Source of the DNA: Ramazzottius varieornatus
Taxonomy: Eukaryota > Animalia > Tardigrada
Direction of reading: 5' to 3'
DNA: 64,000 nt
NCBI GenBank assembly: GCA_001949185.1
Contig: BDGG01000001.1
Coordinates: 7,762,149 to 7,826,148, forward strand
Shown here in pieces: positions 15,889-27,383 of this stretch (position 1 is its first letter; each line of letters starts with the position of its first letter). The notes beneath the pieces are model-generated. The model was not told the DNA's origin, did no database searches, and was given only the letters and a program-made list of their open reading frames with translations. A program made the translations under genes and the position numbers.

Positions 15889-16286
15889 CCCAAAGAAATG
15901 ACAGTGACCCTTTCTTCGCTGTCCTTACTAAAACCGTCGACCTAACAACGCTTCTGCCGCTGTTCGGAAAAATCTCAGGAAAAGATTCAAGTTGTATTTC
16001 ATGTGTTGTCCGTTTGAAAACGGAAAATCAGAAGCGATCAGGTCGCACCATATCGAACAGGTGCTAATTCCGATCGATAGGAAGAAGGAGATGCCCACGT
16101 TAGCTACACAGGTACTCTGCTTGTGCCGAAATGTCGATCGATACCGCCACACCGAAAATTCACGAAGCAGCCAGACCTGCTGAAATCTACATCGAAAAGA
16201 CTGAATTAAAAATCAAAGAAGGGTCTTTTGGTCCGATGAATGCCGAGGACCACCATCATCATTAGGACCATGTACCTCTTTGGTAC

Positions 16287-18360
16287 TCAGAAGTCATCGA
16301 CGTCCAAGTACGTACTCTCCCAGCTGGGCGCATTCGGGTCCCACGTACTCGGCTCCTCACTGGACGACGAGAAGCCCCCCGACTCCTTCGTCTTGGGCTC
16401 TTCCGCAACTTCGGGCCACCGATACACTTCGACACTCTCCACCCCACTATCCGGCTTGTCAGCAGGCTTCCCATTCTCAACCGAAGAGACTTCACTTACG
16501 CCGTCCTCCGCGGACTTTGCCCGTTTCTGTTCTGCTGCGGCCTTAGCTTCAGCAATCATGACACTTCGCGGCTTCATCTGATTAGCTATCGGAGTAGCTT
16601 TAGCTCTTGTGTTTCGAGTGTTAGTACTCATTTGGTTACTACGACCGAATCTGACTCGATTTACATTCGCGTTTGTTTCAGTGTTGGAAATGTCACCTTC
16701 TGTGTTTTCTTTCTGTTCGGTGTTGAAGTTATCGGGGGTGTTTTGATTGCTTTGCTGGACAGTGTTGTGGTTCGTTGGAGGGTTGGAAGAGGAAGCTATG
16801 GTATCGGAGACCTTGATTGCGCACTGCGCTTCCAGCTCATCGTCGTACTCGTCGTAGTCGTCTTCGCTGTCTTCGTCACTTCCGCCATACATGATTCTTC
16901 GACGGACATCGCGAATCGCGTCCCTTATCCTGTCTTTCTCTCGCATCCGTTCGCTGTGGCTCACGCAGTCCTGAATGCGTTCTTTGGCGATAGTCCGGGC
17001 TGGACGACGTCCACTGACGACAACCTGGATAAAATGAACAATGTGAAATTGCGGTCCGTACGGTGAAGAACGTACAGTTAACCGAGCGGTATTAATTTTG
17101 ATAAACTCACCCTATGGCCCACCATAACCAGTCACTTCCGGTTCGTACTGAAAATTTCGCTCACCTTGACGAAAGTCTGGGCATCGTTTCGACTGTTATT
17201 GTTTCGCTTGTTATCACGAGGTTCGACATCGATCATGGCTCTGGACTGCATACGAATTTGGTTGACACGCGAGCCGCCTTTGCCAATGACATTCCCAACG
17301 GCGTGGTTAGGAATGTGGATCTGCTCTTCCTGGTAGTCGCCTTGCTGGAAAATCCAAGAGTACAGCTCGTTCTTGGCGTCGAAAACTTTGGCATATGGAC
17401 CATGGATGATGATACGAACTACACCACGCGGGGCGCTGGGTCGTGCTAGTGGATCTCTTCCTCTTTCGAAGTCACGACCATAGAGGAACCTCACGTTGTG
17501 GCGCTGCTCGATCTGCAAAATCAAGAATCAAGTAAGGCCTACCGTAAAGCTTGCCAAAATACCATGCCCAATGGTTGTCGCGAAACCACACACATTACGT
17601 CATGAATCACGCAGTGAAACCATGCACGTAAGCCACGTGATTTAATCGCACGTACTAGGCTTTATGACTTCCAGACTATGGTTCAACGTCAACCCAACGG
17701 CCTGCCATAAAGGCGAAAAGCGTTAGTCGCAAACACTGACAAAATACGTCATCACGTGACCTGAAACCATGACAGAACCGCCGTTTTAGTCGCGTGCAGC
17801 TTACGTCATACGTTCAATCTGACAATTTCCGGCAGATACTGCGAAAATTCAGCCAGGAAGAAGAAAACCACAACAAAGACTTACTCTGAACAGAGCTCTA
17901 GCGTCTTTCTCCGTGTAGATCTGCAGAACATCGCGAGGAATACGCACATAGGAGACGGTAGGTTCAGTTGGGTTGACGGCGATGCTCTGAACCAATATAT
18001 TTTTGAAGCGGTGAAGAAGAGGATCGGCGACAGGTCGAACATCGACCAGCCGGTTGGCTTCGTTGAACATATCCAGGCAAATCTTCCCGTGAAACAGCTT
18101 CAGATCATCTTTCCGATAATATACATTGACGAAAAGACCTACTTTATATCGCAGGATAGAAAAAAGTCGGCGGAAGACGAAGAAGACGCAGGAGGGCATG
18201 AACGTGAACGGACGCCATAAATTCCACAGTAAAGACTGAAGTGAGCGCGGTGACTGGACGGTGAAGTTGTTGCTTTGTGCCACCAGAATTCGAACATTCC
18301 TGCTGAGTATTTTGGAGTCCTCCATCTGAGAGTAGTTTCTGGCTGGCTGTCAATAACTTC
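16287..18360 (-). CDS. KH-domain RNA-binding protein with an acidic, low-complexity C-terminus (spliced; start codon not resolved)
   Basis: KH motif IHIPNHAVGNVIGKGGSRVNQIRMQSRAMIDV (GxxG loop) in the exon at about 17165-17517. A second degenerate KH lies upstream. The terminal exon about 16287-17025 is D/E/N/S-rich. Confidence 0.75.
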
Positions 18361-18913
18361 TAAAAGGTGGGAAAGTGGGAGAACAACGAAATTAAACCGT
18401 GAATTATAATATGAGTCGTATCGGACAAACGGAAACAGAAACCGAATTGTTGATTGACTTTGTGCCTTGATTAGGCACGAATGGTTTACCTGTCTAACGA
18501 CACCCCTCCGCCTGCGCGAACCGGATGTCTTGTTGGCTAAAGGGCGTGAGACGATGAGAACTCATCAGTAACTGGCATCCTCAGTTCTCATAAACCTCGA
18601 TGCAAAACAAGGTTGGACCTCACCAGGAGCTACCGCCTCACACCTGGATCTCTCCCAAAAAGAAGAAGTGCTGTCTCGAAAGTCTACAGCTTGTTGTTCA
18701 ACAGAGCACATCAGTCTTTAGCAAATTCCAGAAAGCCACGAGCATGGAGATCGAACTGTACGAACCGTGATTCATAGAAAGAAATTGCAATATGTGAGCA
18801 CAACCAGATAACTTTGACAGCCTGCAGGCAAGTTTGCATCGATCTTGATGAATCAAAATCATAAATTTTGAGGACTCGCCTGGCAGCTTCTGGCTGGATA
18901 CCATGGCTTGTCG

Positions 18914-19450
18914 TCAATGGCGTACTCGCAGGACATCGTTGAGATAGATTTTATTGGCATCCTTGACTTTATCCGCATTCATCTTGACAATCTCGTCCAC
19001 TGTGGTTCCATATTTCAGCGAAAGGTTGTACAGTGTGTCATCTTTGACAACTTGATGCAGTTTGGCTGTCTCCGGCAGCTCGAACGTCAGAACTATGGAC
19101 TTTGTGCCCGCGGTGTCTTCTGCGCTGACAACGCAATTTCCAGCGTACGCCAAGTTTTTCGGGGCACCCTTACCGTTCTTCCCAATGTACCTGAAGACAG
19201 CTCGCTCAAATGCCCAAATCCCATACGTGGTACCTTTGTAGTTGAAGCTGCGGTACAGTACTTGTCCTTTGGTGGGTACATCCCAGTTCTTCCTTTTCTG
19301 TCGATTAAACACCAACACGTTGTATTTTTGCTCCAGTTCGTAGAATACCTTGTCTCGAGAATCCTCGAAAAAGGCGACGCGGTCTTTTGATGTGTTTATC
19401 AGTTCCTCTACCTTGTTCCCAAGGTCAACAACGTTCAGACTCACAGGCAT
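18914..19450 (-). CDS. Intronless fusion of a bacterial YvgO-like stress-protein domain and a C-terminal LysM domain
   Basis: 178-aa single ORF. LysM: HQVVKDDTLYNLSLKYGTTVDEIVKMN...ANKIYLNDVLRV. The N-terminal motifs FYELEQKYNVLVFN and YKGTTYGIWAFE resemble, from memory, the Bacillus YvgO family (FY..GQKYNVMVFNL...YGIWVFE). Confidence 0.8.
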   Translation of the reverse strand: MPVSLNVVDLGNKVEELINTSKDRVAFFEDSRDKVFYELEQKYNVLVFNRQKRKNWDVPTKGQVLYRSFNYKGTTYGIWAFERAVFRYIGKNGKGAPKNLAYAGNCVVSAEDTAGTKSIVLTFELPETAKLHQVVKDDTLYNLSLKYGTTVDEIVKMNADKVKDANKIYLNDVLRVRH

Positions 19451-19983
19451 CGTGTTAATTTATTGATACAATAATCCGCAATCGGTGATGCCGCTTGAAT
19501 GATTGTTGATGTCCAGAACCATACGCGAATGCGCATTCAAGAATATCCCGAATAGGCATCCAAAAAGTAAGTACAATTACCAAGTTCGTAAAACCTGAGA
19601 AATATCGAGATGTGTTTGTTTCCCAAACAGCATGTTGCTGCAGACGATGTAAGCTAGTGATGTTCACTGTGTTAATGAACAGAGCGCACCGCCGTGTCTA
19701 CCGTTTTCCCGATATCTTGGCTGGACGATAACAAAGTCAACACTACAGTGACCACACCCTTGTTTAGCTGTTCAAGGGTTCAATGTTGGTGTCATCCCAA
19801 CTGCGCATCGATGTTAAAATTCGGTTTATGAGCTACACTTGACTTTGCAAACCAAGTGATAGCATTACAGGACAGAAGAAAACGAAGTATTCAAAACCCT
19901 GCATGACTGACATGACGATAATCTTCAACAACGTGAAGCTCAACTTTATCGAAGCCTAGATTATCCATATTACAGTTTCTGCA

Positions 19984-22900
19984 TCAATGAGACCTCGACA
20001 AATCTTCGACCATCCTCGCAATCGTCTCCACGTTGACTACCGTACCGTTCAAGTCTTTGATGCCGTCAACAGCTTCCGCCATTTCCTGGCTGTGCATCGA
20101 AGCGAACATCTCGATGAGGTCGCCGTTGATGACGCCGTGGGCAGGCTTCGAACCTCCCGTCGACGACAGGACAGAGTTGTACTTATCCGGCATCACACGA
20201 CCAAAAGGCATGATGGACCGTACCATTCTATCGCTCAGCTGCTTCAGAATGGTAAACCTGGACAACGTAAGAAAAAAATTAGAAATGACCACTATGATGA
20301 AACATCGAACAAGACCCACTCGAAAGTCGAAGTTTTTCCAAGTGGCGCACGCATCCAGCTGATAACACCGAAAGAGCGCGCCACTTGGCAAAACAAATGC
20401 CGGATCGTTTTTCAAGTGACGCACTCTTCCGGCTAATATCCCTGGAGGCGCGCGCCACATGAGAAAACATTCAGACTTACGTGTTTTCGTCTATGGCGAG
20501 TACATGCATGACACTTCCAGACTGTGTTCCCAGGATAAGAGCATTCTGGGCGAAATGCCTCTCGTTCACGGTGCTTTCGCCCAGGAGAGTGCCTTTCCTG
20601 ACGACATTGGTGATATCGGCAAAGTTGGCTCCGGCAATCTCCACCATGTCCTTGCCTTCCTGGTCTTTCGTCTCCAGGTCCCTCCTCAGAAAGATCAGGT
20701 TACTGTAGGTGTCGGTCACGATACAGCTATCGTCGTCAAGGAACTCGCAGTCGGTGGGCCATCGCGGGATGGGATCAGCTGCTATCACATCGAACTTGTT
20801 CTCGTTACCGCGGTACAGCATCAGCGTCACAGAGCGCATTAAGTCGAGGACGAGAACGAAGTCGCCCTTCACTTTCAAGCCCGTCGGCATCATGAACCTG
20901 TGAACAAAAGGAGACTAGAAGACTAAAAATAAAGGTTCGAAGGTTTGATGACCATTTCCATGTTCGCTAATAGCAACCATTTCCCAACTGTACAGGTTCG
21001 TTACCTCAAGTGGCGCACGTTTCCAGTTTTATCTGCTGGACGCGTACGCCACTTGGACAAACAATCTTGTCTGGTTGGTTTCGGTACGTGCCGCACGCTT
21101 TGGGCTATTGAAACTGGAACCGTGCGTCGCTTGGGATCGTTTTGCCATGCAGCGCACGTTTTCAGTGAGACCAGCTGAGGGTATGCACTCTGCAACACTT
21201 TGAAAAACAGTCTTGTCAAATTTCGTTTCCAATCTTCCCAGTCTCATTCCAAGTGTCAAATTCAGTCCGGAGTTGATCTTACCTGCTGACAGACTGTTCA
21301 AGGAGAAGGTCCGACCCGTCTTCCGTCCATCTCATCAGCTTCACAGACGACCCACACGTCACGAGAAGCTTATCTTTGAAGATGACAAGACTTGTCACGA
21401 ACCCTTTCACCGATTTTTCGTGCACGATCTGAAGACTTTTGTCAGCGTGCTGAAAGACGATGATCCTGCCGTTGCTGATGTCCTTCTCGGTCGGACTTCC
21501 AATTCCTAAATCCGCCCACACAATCAATCACATTTCTCGTTTCGAACGTCGGTCAACGAAGTGAAAATGGTCGCTATTTCTGGTGGCGCATGCTCCATTG
21601 TCATCAGCCGAACTAGCGCACCACTTGAGAAAGAGACTTTACCTGTTCCAACGACGTAAAAGGTCCGCGGGTCTGTGCCGAGATTTCCACTCGCCAGTGC
21701 TTGTACAGCTTCGTATCTTTGAAAGTTGTATTGGGTGAGTATCTGGTAATTGGTGTGATCGGTGATGATGAACTTGTGTGAGGGTAGTTCAGCTGCCAGA
21801 CCCATCGGGTCGTCGTCTTCTTCCATCAGGTCTTCCTGCATCGTCGCGTCTCCCCCGGCCGCCATATCGACGTTCATTGGCTTATCTATCACTATGAAGC
21901 CGTACGTTCCTGTTTCAGCTTGGTAGACTACCCTTCTTGGAGTTCCTGGCAGCGCGACGGACCTAAAACATGAAACGCCGTTTTACCATGCGTCGTAAAG
22001 TTATCCCGCACGAAATCTAAACAAACACCTATGCTTTATCATGTCCCGGCCACATGAAAAAGCCTGAAGGAACGCAACATTTCGGACTGGGACAATAATT
22101 TCGGAAGCTCGGCACACGAGGTCGACATGACGATTTTCCAAGTGGCGCGCGTTTCCAGTGTTGTTAACCGAACGCCTGCGCCACTTGAAAACAGATCCCA
22201 ATCATCTCCCCAAGTGGCGCACGTTCCCGGTGTCGTTAGCCAGCAGTTGCGCCAAATGAAAAATGATCTTCTTGAATTTGTTTGCCGAGCTCTCACTACT
22301 CGTAGGGCTATTTTTTGAGAAGAACATGATTATTTCGCGAATCGAAGATTATTTCTTTTTGAGTGTGTTATGTGGCTCTGGGAGTTGTACCTGATGTGAA
22401 GCTTCTGAATTTCGTCAATCTTGCCTAAGACCACGCCAGTTTCGGTGACAATGGCCAGGTTGTTGGGGTACACCGGCGAGTCGACCTGGCAGACCGAGTA
22501 AACATGCTTCATGTTGACGCTTGAGAAGATGAGCTTCCCTCCGGAACCGTGAATAACGCTAGGTCGGTCATTACAGACAAAGACACTCTTTTGTCCACGC
22601 GCGATGAAGGGCTTCAGGTACGTTGGCTGGGTTCCGACGTTGACTCTCTTTCCGGGCGACACCGTTACCGCGGCTTGTCCTAAACCGAAATAGAAATAAA
22701 ACTCTATAAGTTGGGAGCTCGGCAAACAAACTCGAGGAGACTGCTCTCCAAGTGGCGCACTATTTTACCTAACAGCAACGAGAGTGTTCGCCACATGGAG
22801 AGACGAGTGCTGTCGAGTTCGATTGTTTTCTCAGGTGGCGCACATTCTCAGTGTTATCAGCTGATCGTTTGCGCCACTTGGAAGAACAGCCTTGTCAAGA

Positions 22901-25900
22901 CTACCTCCCAAGAGGCGCACGCCATCGGCTTTACTAGCTGAAAGTGCACGCCACTTTAAGAGACAGCCTGGTCGAGTCTGTTAGCCCAAATCCCGATTTT
23001 TCCCATTCCACCTGTCGCATTTTTGATATCAAAAGTTTGGATCTCGTTTCGCTGATAGCAGAATACTTTTTTCATTCTTTGTGACGAATAATTTATATTG
23101 CCTTTTTCGACGATGAAGTACTGTAAAGTTCCATCGCCCAGGCCAGCAATGACAAAGTCATTGACTTCCAACTGGTAAAACATGACGCTACGGGCGAAGA
23201 CGTCCGTGTTCAGGTCGATCGTCAGAGCTGGAGTCCAGTCGGGTGCGGTCAGAAGAACCACGTCCATGTTCCAAGTGGCTACAGCAATGAGGTCGGCCAG
23301 GTGCGCGCCGGAAAACGACACGATGTCCACGGCGGAAATCTGTCCCCCCATCTTGACTTGCTGGATGACGGGAGCGGTATCGGTGGTGGTGAAAGTGAAG
23401 ACCATCAGTGTGTCAAAAGCCCCAATCACAATCTACGAAAAGGTAGCTTAAACCAGCGCAAGATAAAGGAGCTGCGCACCCGTTCCAGAATCCTGTTACT
23501 GACACACGTTTTCATTATGCAGTTCATCACGCAGAAGCATGGTCTTCGACTGGTAATTTCAGATTGCGAGTCGTATCGAATTAAGCGTGAAGGTCGTACC
23601 TGGTTGTTGTACGAAGCGGCGCATCCAATCTGCTGCGAGCCTTCCGGTGGAAACCATTCGCCCTTCAGCTGCAGCGTTCCAGGTTCGATCACCCTGATAC
23701 TCTTCCTGGTGATCTGGACAATGTGTCCAACGATCTTCTTGACCAGCAACGTGGCGTCGTTCAGGGCGAAAGCACCCATACTTTCCACGTCTTCGAAATC
23801 TCCTACAGTCTGCTCCATCCTCAGCACCCTCGTTTCGTTCAGGAAACTCATCACCTACAACGACCCAAGTGAGAAATCTAGAACGGTCAGACGCCAGAGA
23901 CCCGCACACCAGTGTTCCTTAAAAATCTACGGTTTAATGTATGCAGGTAGGTGAAAAACTCACGTTACAGACACCCGCATACCAGCGAACCATTATAAAT
24001 TCCAGGTTAAGCGTATTCCGGCAATAACGGTATGTGAAAAATGATCTGCACCGATTTTCTCTCGAGAAAACTTACAAGTACGTCGTGAGGGCCTTCTTCC
24101 ACCGTCTGAGTGTTGACTCCGAAGATCTGTCTTCCGGTGGGCAGGTCCAGCGACGTGGTTTCTTGTACGCCGATGCCGCTGCGGATGATGCGCGCGCTGG
24201 TGCCCGGACCGTAGCCCGAACAGGCGATCATCTGCGGCTGGGTGCCTTGTGCTTCGGACCGGACGATGGTGAAGTCCGTGATGCAGCCAATGTTCGTGAT
24301 GGTCTCCAGGACGTCAAAAAGGTTGCCTGTGTCCGGGTGGGGATCCTCACGGAAGCGGATGACGGAGGAATCAGCCATGCGTGAACCGATGAAGAGAACG
24401 CGGTTATCCAAATAGGCAGCCTAGAAAAGCGAAATACTGCAGGATAAAGGTTCACTGCAGTAATTTTTACGGGAGTTTCTAAGACCTTTTCACTTTATTA
24501 ATATAATTATACTTTGTAATTGGATTTTGTTTTGTATTTTGGCGTTAAAATTTCTGCTGAATTTAGAGCTCGATGTGAATTGCAGTAAAACGTACGCAGG
24601 AAGCTATGGTGAGTTTTCCCAGCGAGATGACATTCAGCTCGGTCACTTTCTGTCTGTTTGGGTTGGAGCTCGGAGCTTTCTTTAGTCGAATGACGTGCAG
24701 CATACCAATGAAGTCAGCTACGAGGATCTTCATGGCCGCTTCCGAGTCGCTGATGACGCTGTAGACGACTCCCATTCCCCGATTCTCCCTGCGGATCTCT
24801 GACGTGGTCGAATTCCCCTCATCGGCGTCGACGTATAGCAGCATGTTGTACCCACAACCCACCAAACCTTTATTCGTGCCTGGCACGGCGAGAAGCGCTT
24901 GCATATCGGCTTCAATGTTCTTATACCTAATTAAGAGAACAACCTCGATCAGTTCGAGATGAAAACAGGAGAAGAAATTCGACAAGCGAGCTTGTCTACC
25001 CAAGTGGCGTACACTTCCAGTGTTGTTGATGGGAGGAGTGCGCAACTTAGGAAAACAGACTCGACAAGATCGTCTTTCAAAGTGGCACACGTTCTCAGTG
25101 CCATTAGCTGGTAGAGTGCGTCACTTGAGCACGATGTTGTTGATTTTATTTTTGACTAGATTCTTACTCCACTTTGCCATTCTGAGGCGGCTTGAACTCC
25201 TTCTCCTTGAAGTCCACTTCGTAGCTGACGATGTGTGTGCCAGATGCATCTTTGTGCAGCATGGCGATGGTTGGGATATCGGCATTGTGGAGGAATACGA
25301 TGGAGTGGACTGAGTTCTCGTCGATTCGGATGCTAAATGTCTCCAGTTCTTTCGTGTCCGTCAACTCTTTGTTCAGTGGGATGATTCTCACCAGACTTTC
25401 ATAGATGTGCAGAGCGATGCAGGCGTTGTTCGGATCGACAGCTACCAGAAAGCCCGAGTTGGAAAATCTTCCAACCTTGTCAGCTGCACTTCCGCCTAGA
25501 AAAAACCGAAATAAGGTTGAATGAGATATTTACTAGCATTTGGTGCTGTAGAAAACGGCACAAAGAGCCGCGCCCACTTCCTTCTGCCATACACAATCAC
25601 GACGTCACGAAGTTCACTCTGCGGCCTGCCAAATAGCGTTGCAAATTACCTGCACGAGTTAGCATCACCGGTCGTTTCTCTGCATTCAGCCTAAACTCCA
25701 GGATCAAAACTTCCAGGTTCTGCAGAAGGACAAACACCAGGTCCGTCTTAGCCCAATGTGGTCGAACGGGAACGAGAGTATGGATGGCGTGGGAGAGGCG
25801 CGTGGTGGCCAGCACTTTCAAGCCTTCGCTGGTGAAGCCGAAGATGTCCAGCTGATCTTTGCGCCCCAAGACGAGGTTCTTGTCTTGCTTGTTCAAGAAG

Positions 25901-25986
25901 TACCCACAGGCACAAGCATTGGCTGCTCCTGGCGGTTCGGATGAGGCGACGTAGAAACGAGGTGGAGGAGCGCCCGTCTTGGCCAT
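19984..25986 (-). CDS. DDB1: DNA damage-binding protein 1 (CUL4 adaptor), multi-exon
   Basis: YVASSEPPGAANACACGYF...KNLVLGRKDQLDIF...EGLK; RIIPLNK...FSIRIDE; YLDNRVLFIGSRMADS; TNIGCITDF; ACSGY...RIIRSGIGVQE; VGTQPTYL..F...VFVCNDRPSVI; GKIDEIQKLHIR; KGDFVLVLDLMRSVTL; GVINGDLIEMF...VEDLSRSH*. Confidence 0.97.
20298..20470. repeat. Family P element, 2 units
   Basis: DDB1 last intron; CAAGTGGCGCACG-N23-AGCGCGCCACTTGG. Confidence 0.85.
21003..21220. repeat. Family P element, 3 units
   Basis: DDB1 intron; CAAGTGGCGCACG-N23-CGTACGCCACTTGG plus two more units. Confidence 0.85.
22103..22294. repeat. Family P element, 2 units, both termini present
   Basis: DDB1 intron; GGAAGCTCGGCA ... TTTGTTTGCCGAGCTCTC. 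Confidence 0.85.
22713..22983. repeat. Family P element, 3 units
   Basis: DDB1 intron; starts GGGAGCTCGGCAAACAAACTCG, with units near 22751, 22834 and 22911. Confidence 0.85.
24975..25140. repeat. Family P element, 2 units
   Basis: DDB1 intron; both spacers are 23 nt. Confidence 0.85.
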
Positions 25987-26524
25987 GCTTCAACCTGGGG
26001 AAACGAACAACAACATGGTACGAAATATATCCAATATATATCCAAGAGAGCTATGTCGGACCAGTTCACCTTGCTTTTATTCGTCGACTCAGCAGCTTAG
26101 TAATCCAAACACCTAGCAGTTTGAGTTAGCACCTGGGATCAAGCCTGGATGCGATACGAACGGCGGAATAGGATAATTCTCTCGATGGGAAAAAATCCGG
26201 TGAGAATAATCAGAGAGTAATCCTTCTGTCAAGGTGTACGACATAACACATGACATACTGATGACTTTGGAAACATCAATGTCATGTAAATCATCCCAGT
26301 TTTCTGAAACTTCGTCTTTGACTTTCTTCGAGTTTCTAAAGTCCCATGACTACCATCACTGATATCCCTGCGCTGTCTGGACGAACATTCGCTTCGAAGG
26401 ATGTCGTGAGCATTTTCCGAAGCGGCAGGGATTTCGTTGCGCAGATCAATGCGCAGATCATCTCTTTGCGGGTTCTCGTGCGAGGAATCTGGTCTCGTCA
26501 ACTGAAGATGTCACGTAACTACTC

Positions 26525-26730
26525 ATGAACGGAATGATTCGTGTCTCTCGGTGGACGATCCAGCGCCGAAGCGCGTGAGGTACGAATAGTTCACGCTGGA
26601 TTGCGCTGCCGACATGCAAGACTGTGATACTGCCAAGCCACTGGTTGGATGCCGAGAAATGGATCAAAAACTGGCGGTCATCGCGTTAGCTGGGTTCCTT
26701 GACTTCCTCGACGGACTTCTGGACGAATCT
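26525..26730 (+). pseudogene. Truncated relic of the 5' exon of the neighbouring F-box gene
   Basis: Nucleotide homology to about 27420-27600 (ccaagccactggttggatg versus ccaagccactggtcggatg). Translation PAPKRVRYE*FTLDCAADMQDCDTAKPLVGCREMDQKL has an in-frame TAG. Confidence 0.75.
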
Positions 26731-26904
26731 AAATTCCTCTGTAAATAAAACATTCCTCTGTAATATTCCTCTGAAAATAAAACATGTATGCCAGTATGAG
26801 GCCGCCGTTGTTGGCTCAGTTGCACTAAAACTTATTTAGAAAACGCTCAGCAGAAATTCAAGCGCATTCTGCACAAGTCGATGAAACGTGAATCAAGGTA
26901 GAAG

Positions 26905-27005
26905 CTTCCGCCACTGGATTTTGCGCACTCGCGCGGACCTTCGCCTCATGCTGTATTCAATGATCCCGTCTTTGTTGTACGGCATCTTCCAACACTATTT
27001 TCATG
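26905..27005 (-). pseudogene. Degenerate copy of CCDC103 exon 1
   Basis: Translates LEDAVQQRRDH*IQHEAKVRASAQNP, versus MEDAIQRETDYKIRNEAKFRASAQNP at about 36895-36972. In-frame TGA, no start codon and no second exon found. Confidence 0.8.
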
Positions 27006-27383
27006 CGACGTATGAGAAACAACCCCGGTCTACTGGTGAACCGGTGAGGAAACTCAGGAAAGATTTTTGAACTTGTGAGTGGAAAATATTTATGACAGGA
27101 CATCACGATGACATATTGAGACTGACATGTTATAGTCATTACAGTATTAAAATTCCACTTCCTTTCCGTTGCACATGATACTATTATTTCATTTGAACTC
27201 TGATCTGGCCAGTGTCCAGTCAGTCTTCACAGTCGATCAAATAGCTTTCGGGGGATTACAAAGGTTCACGGTAAGTAGAGGAACGCCAGCCGTAAGTGAG
27301 GAGTGAAGTTATTCTCACGGTTACGATTGTTTGTAGATTTCGCGAGCGACGTTTGATTTCTGCAACGTAAAATGTTGCACAGT

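Noticed and set aside
22713-22983. Family P arrays as a CRISPR-like repeat-spacer array
   Set aside because: The spacers are diverged copies of one consensus rather than unique captured sequences. The repeats alternate in orientation, arrays have only 1-3 units, no cas genes are present and the context is eukaryotic introns.
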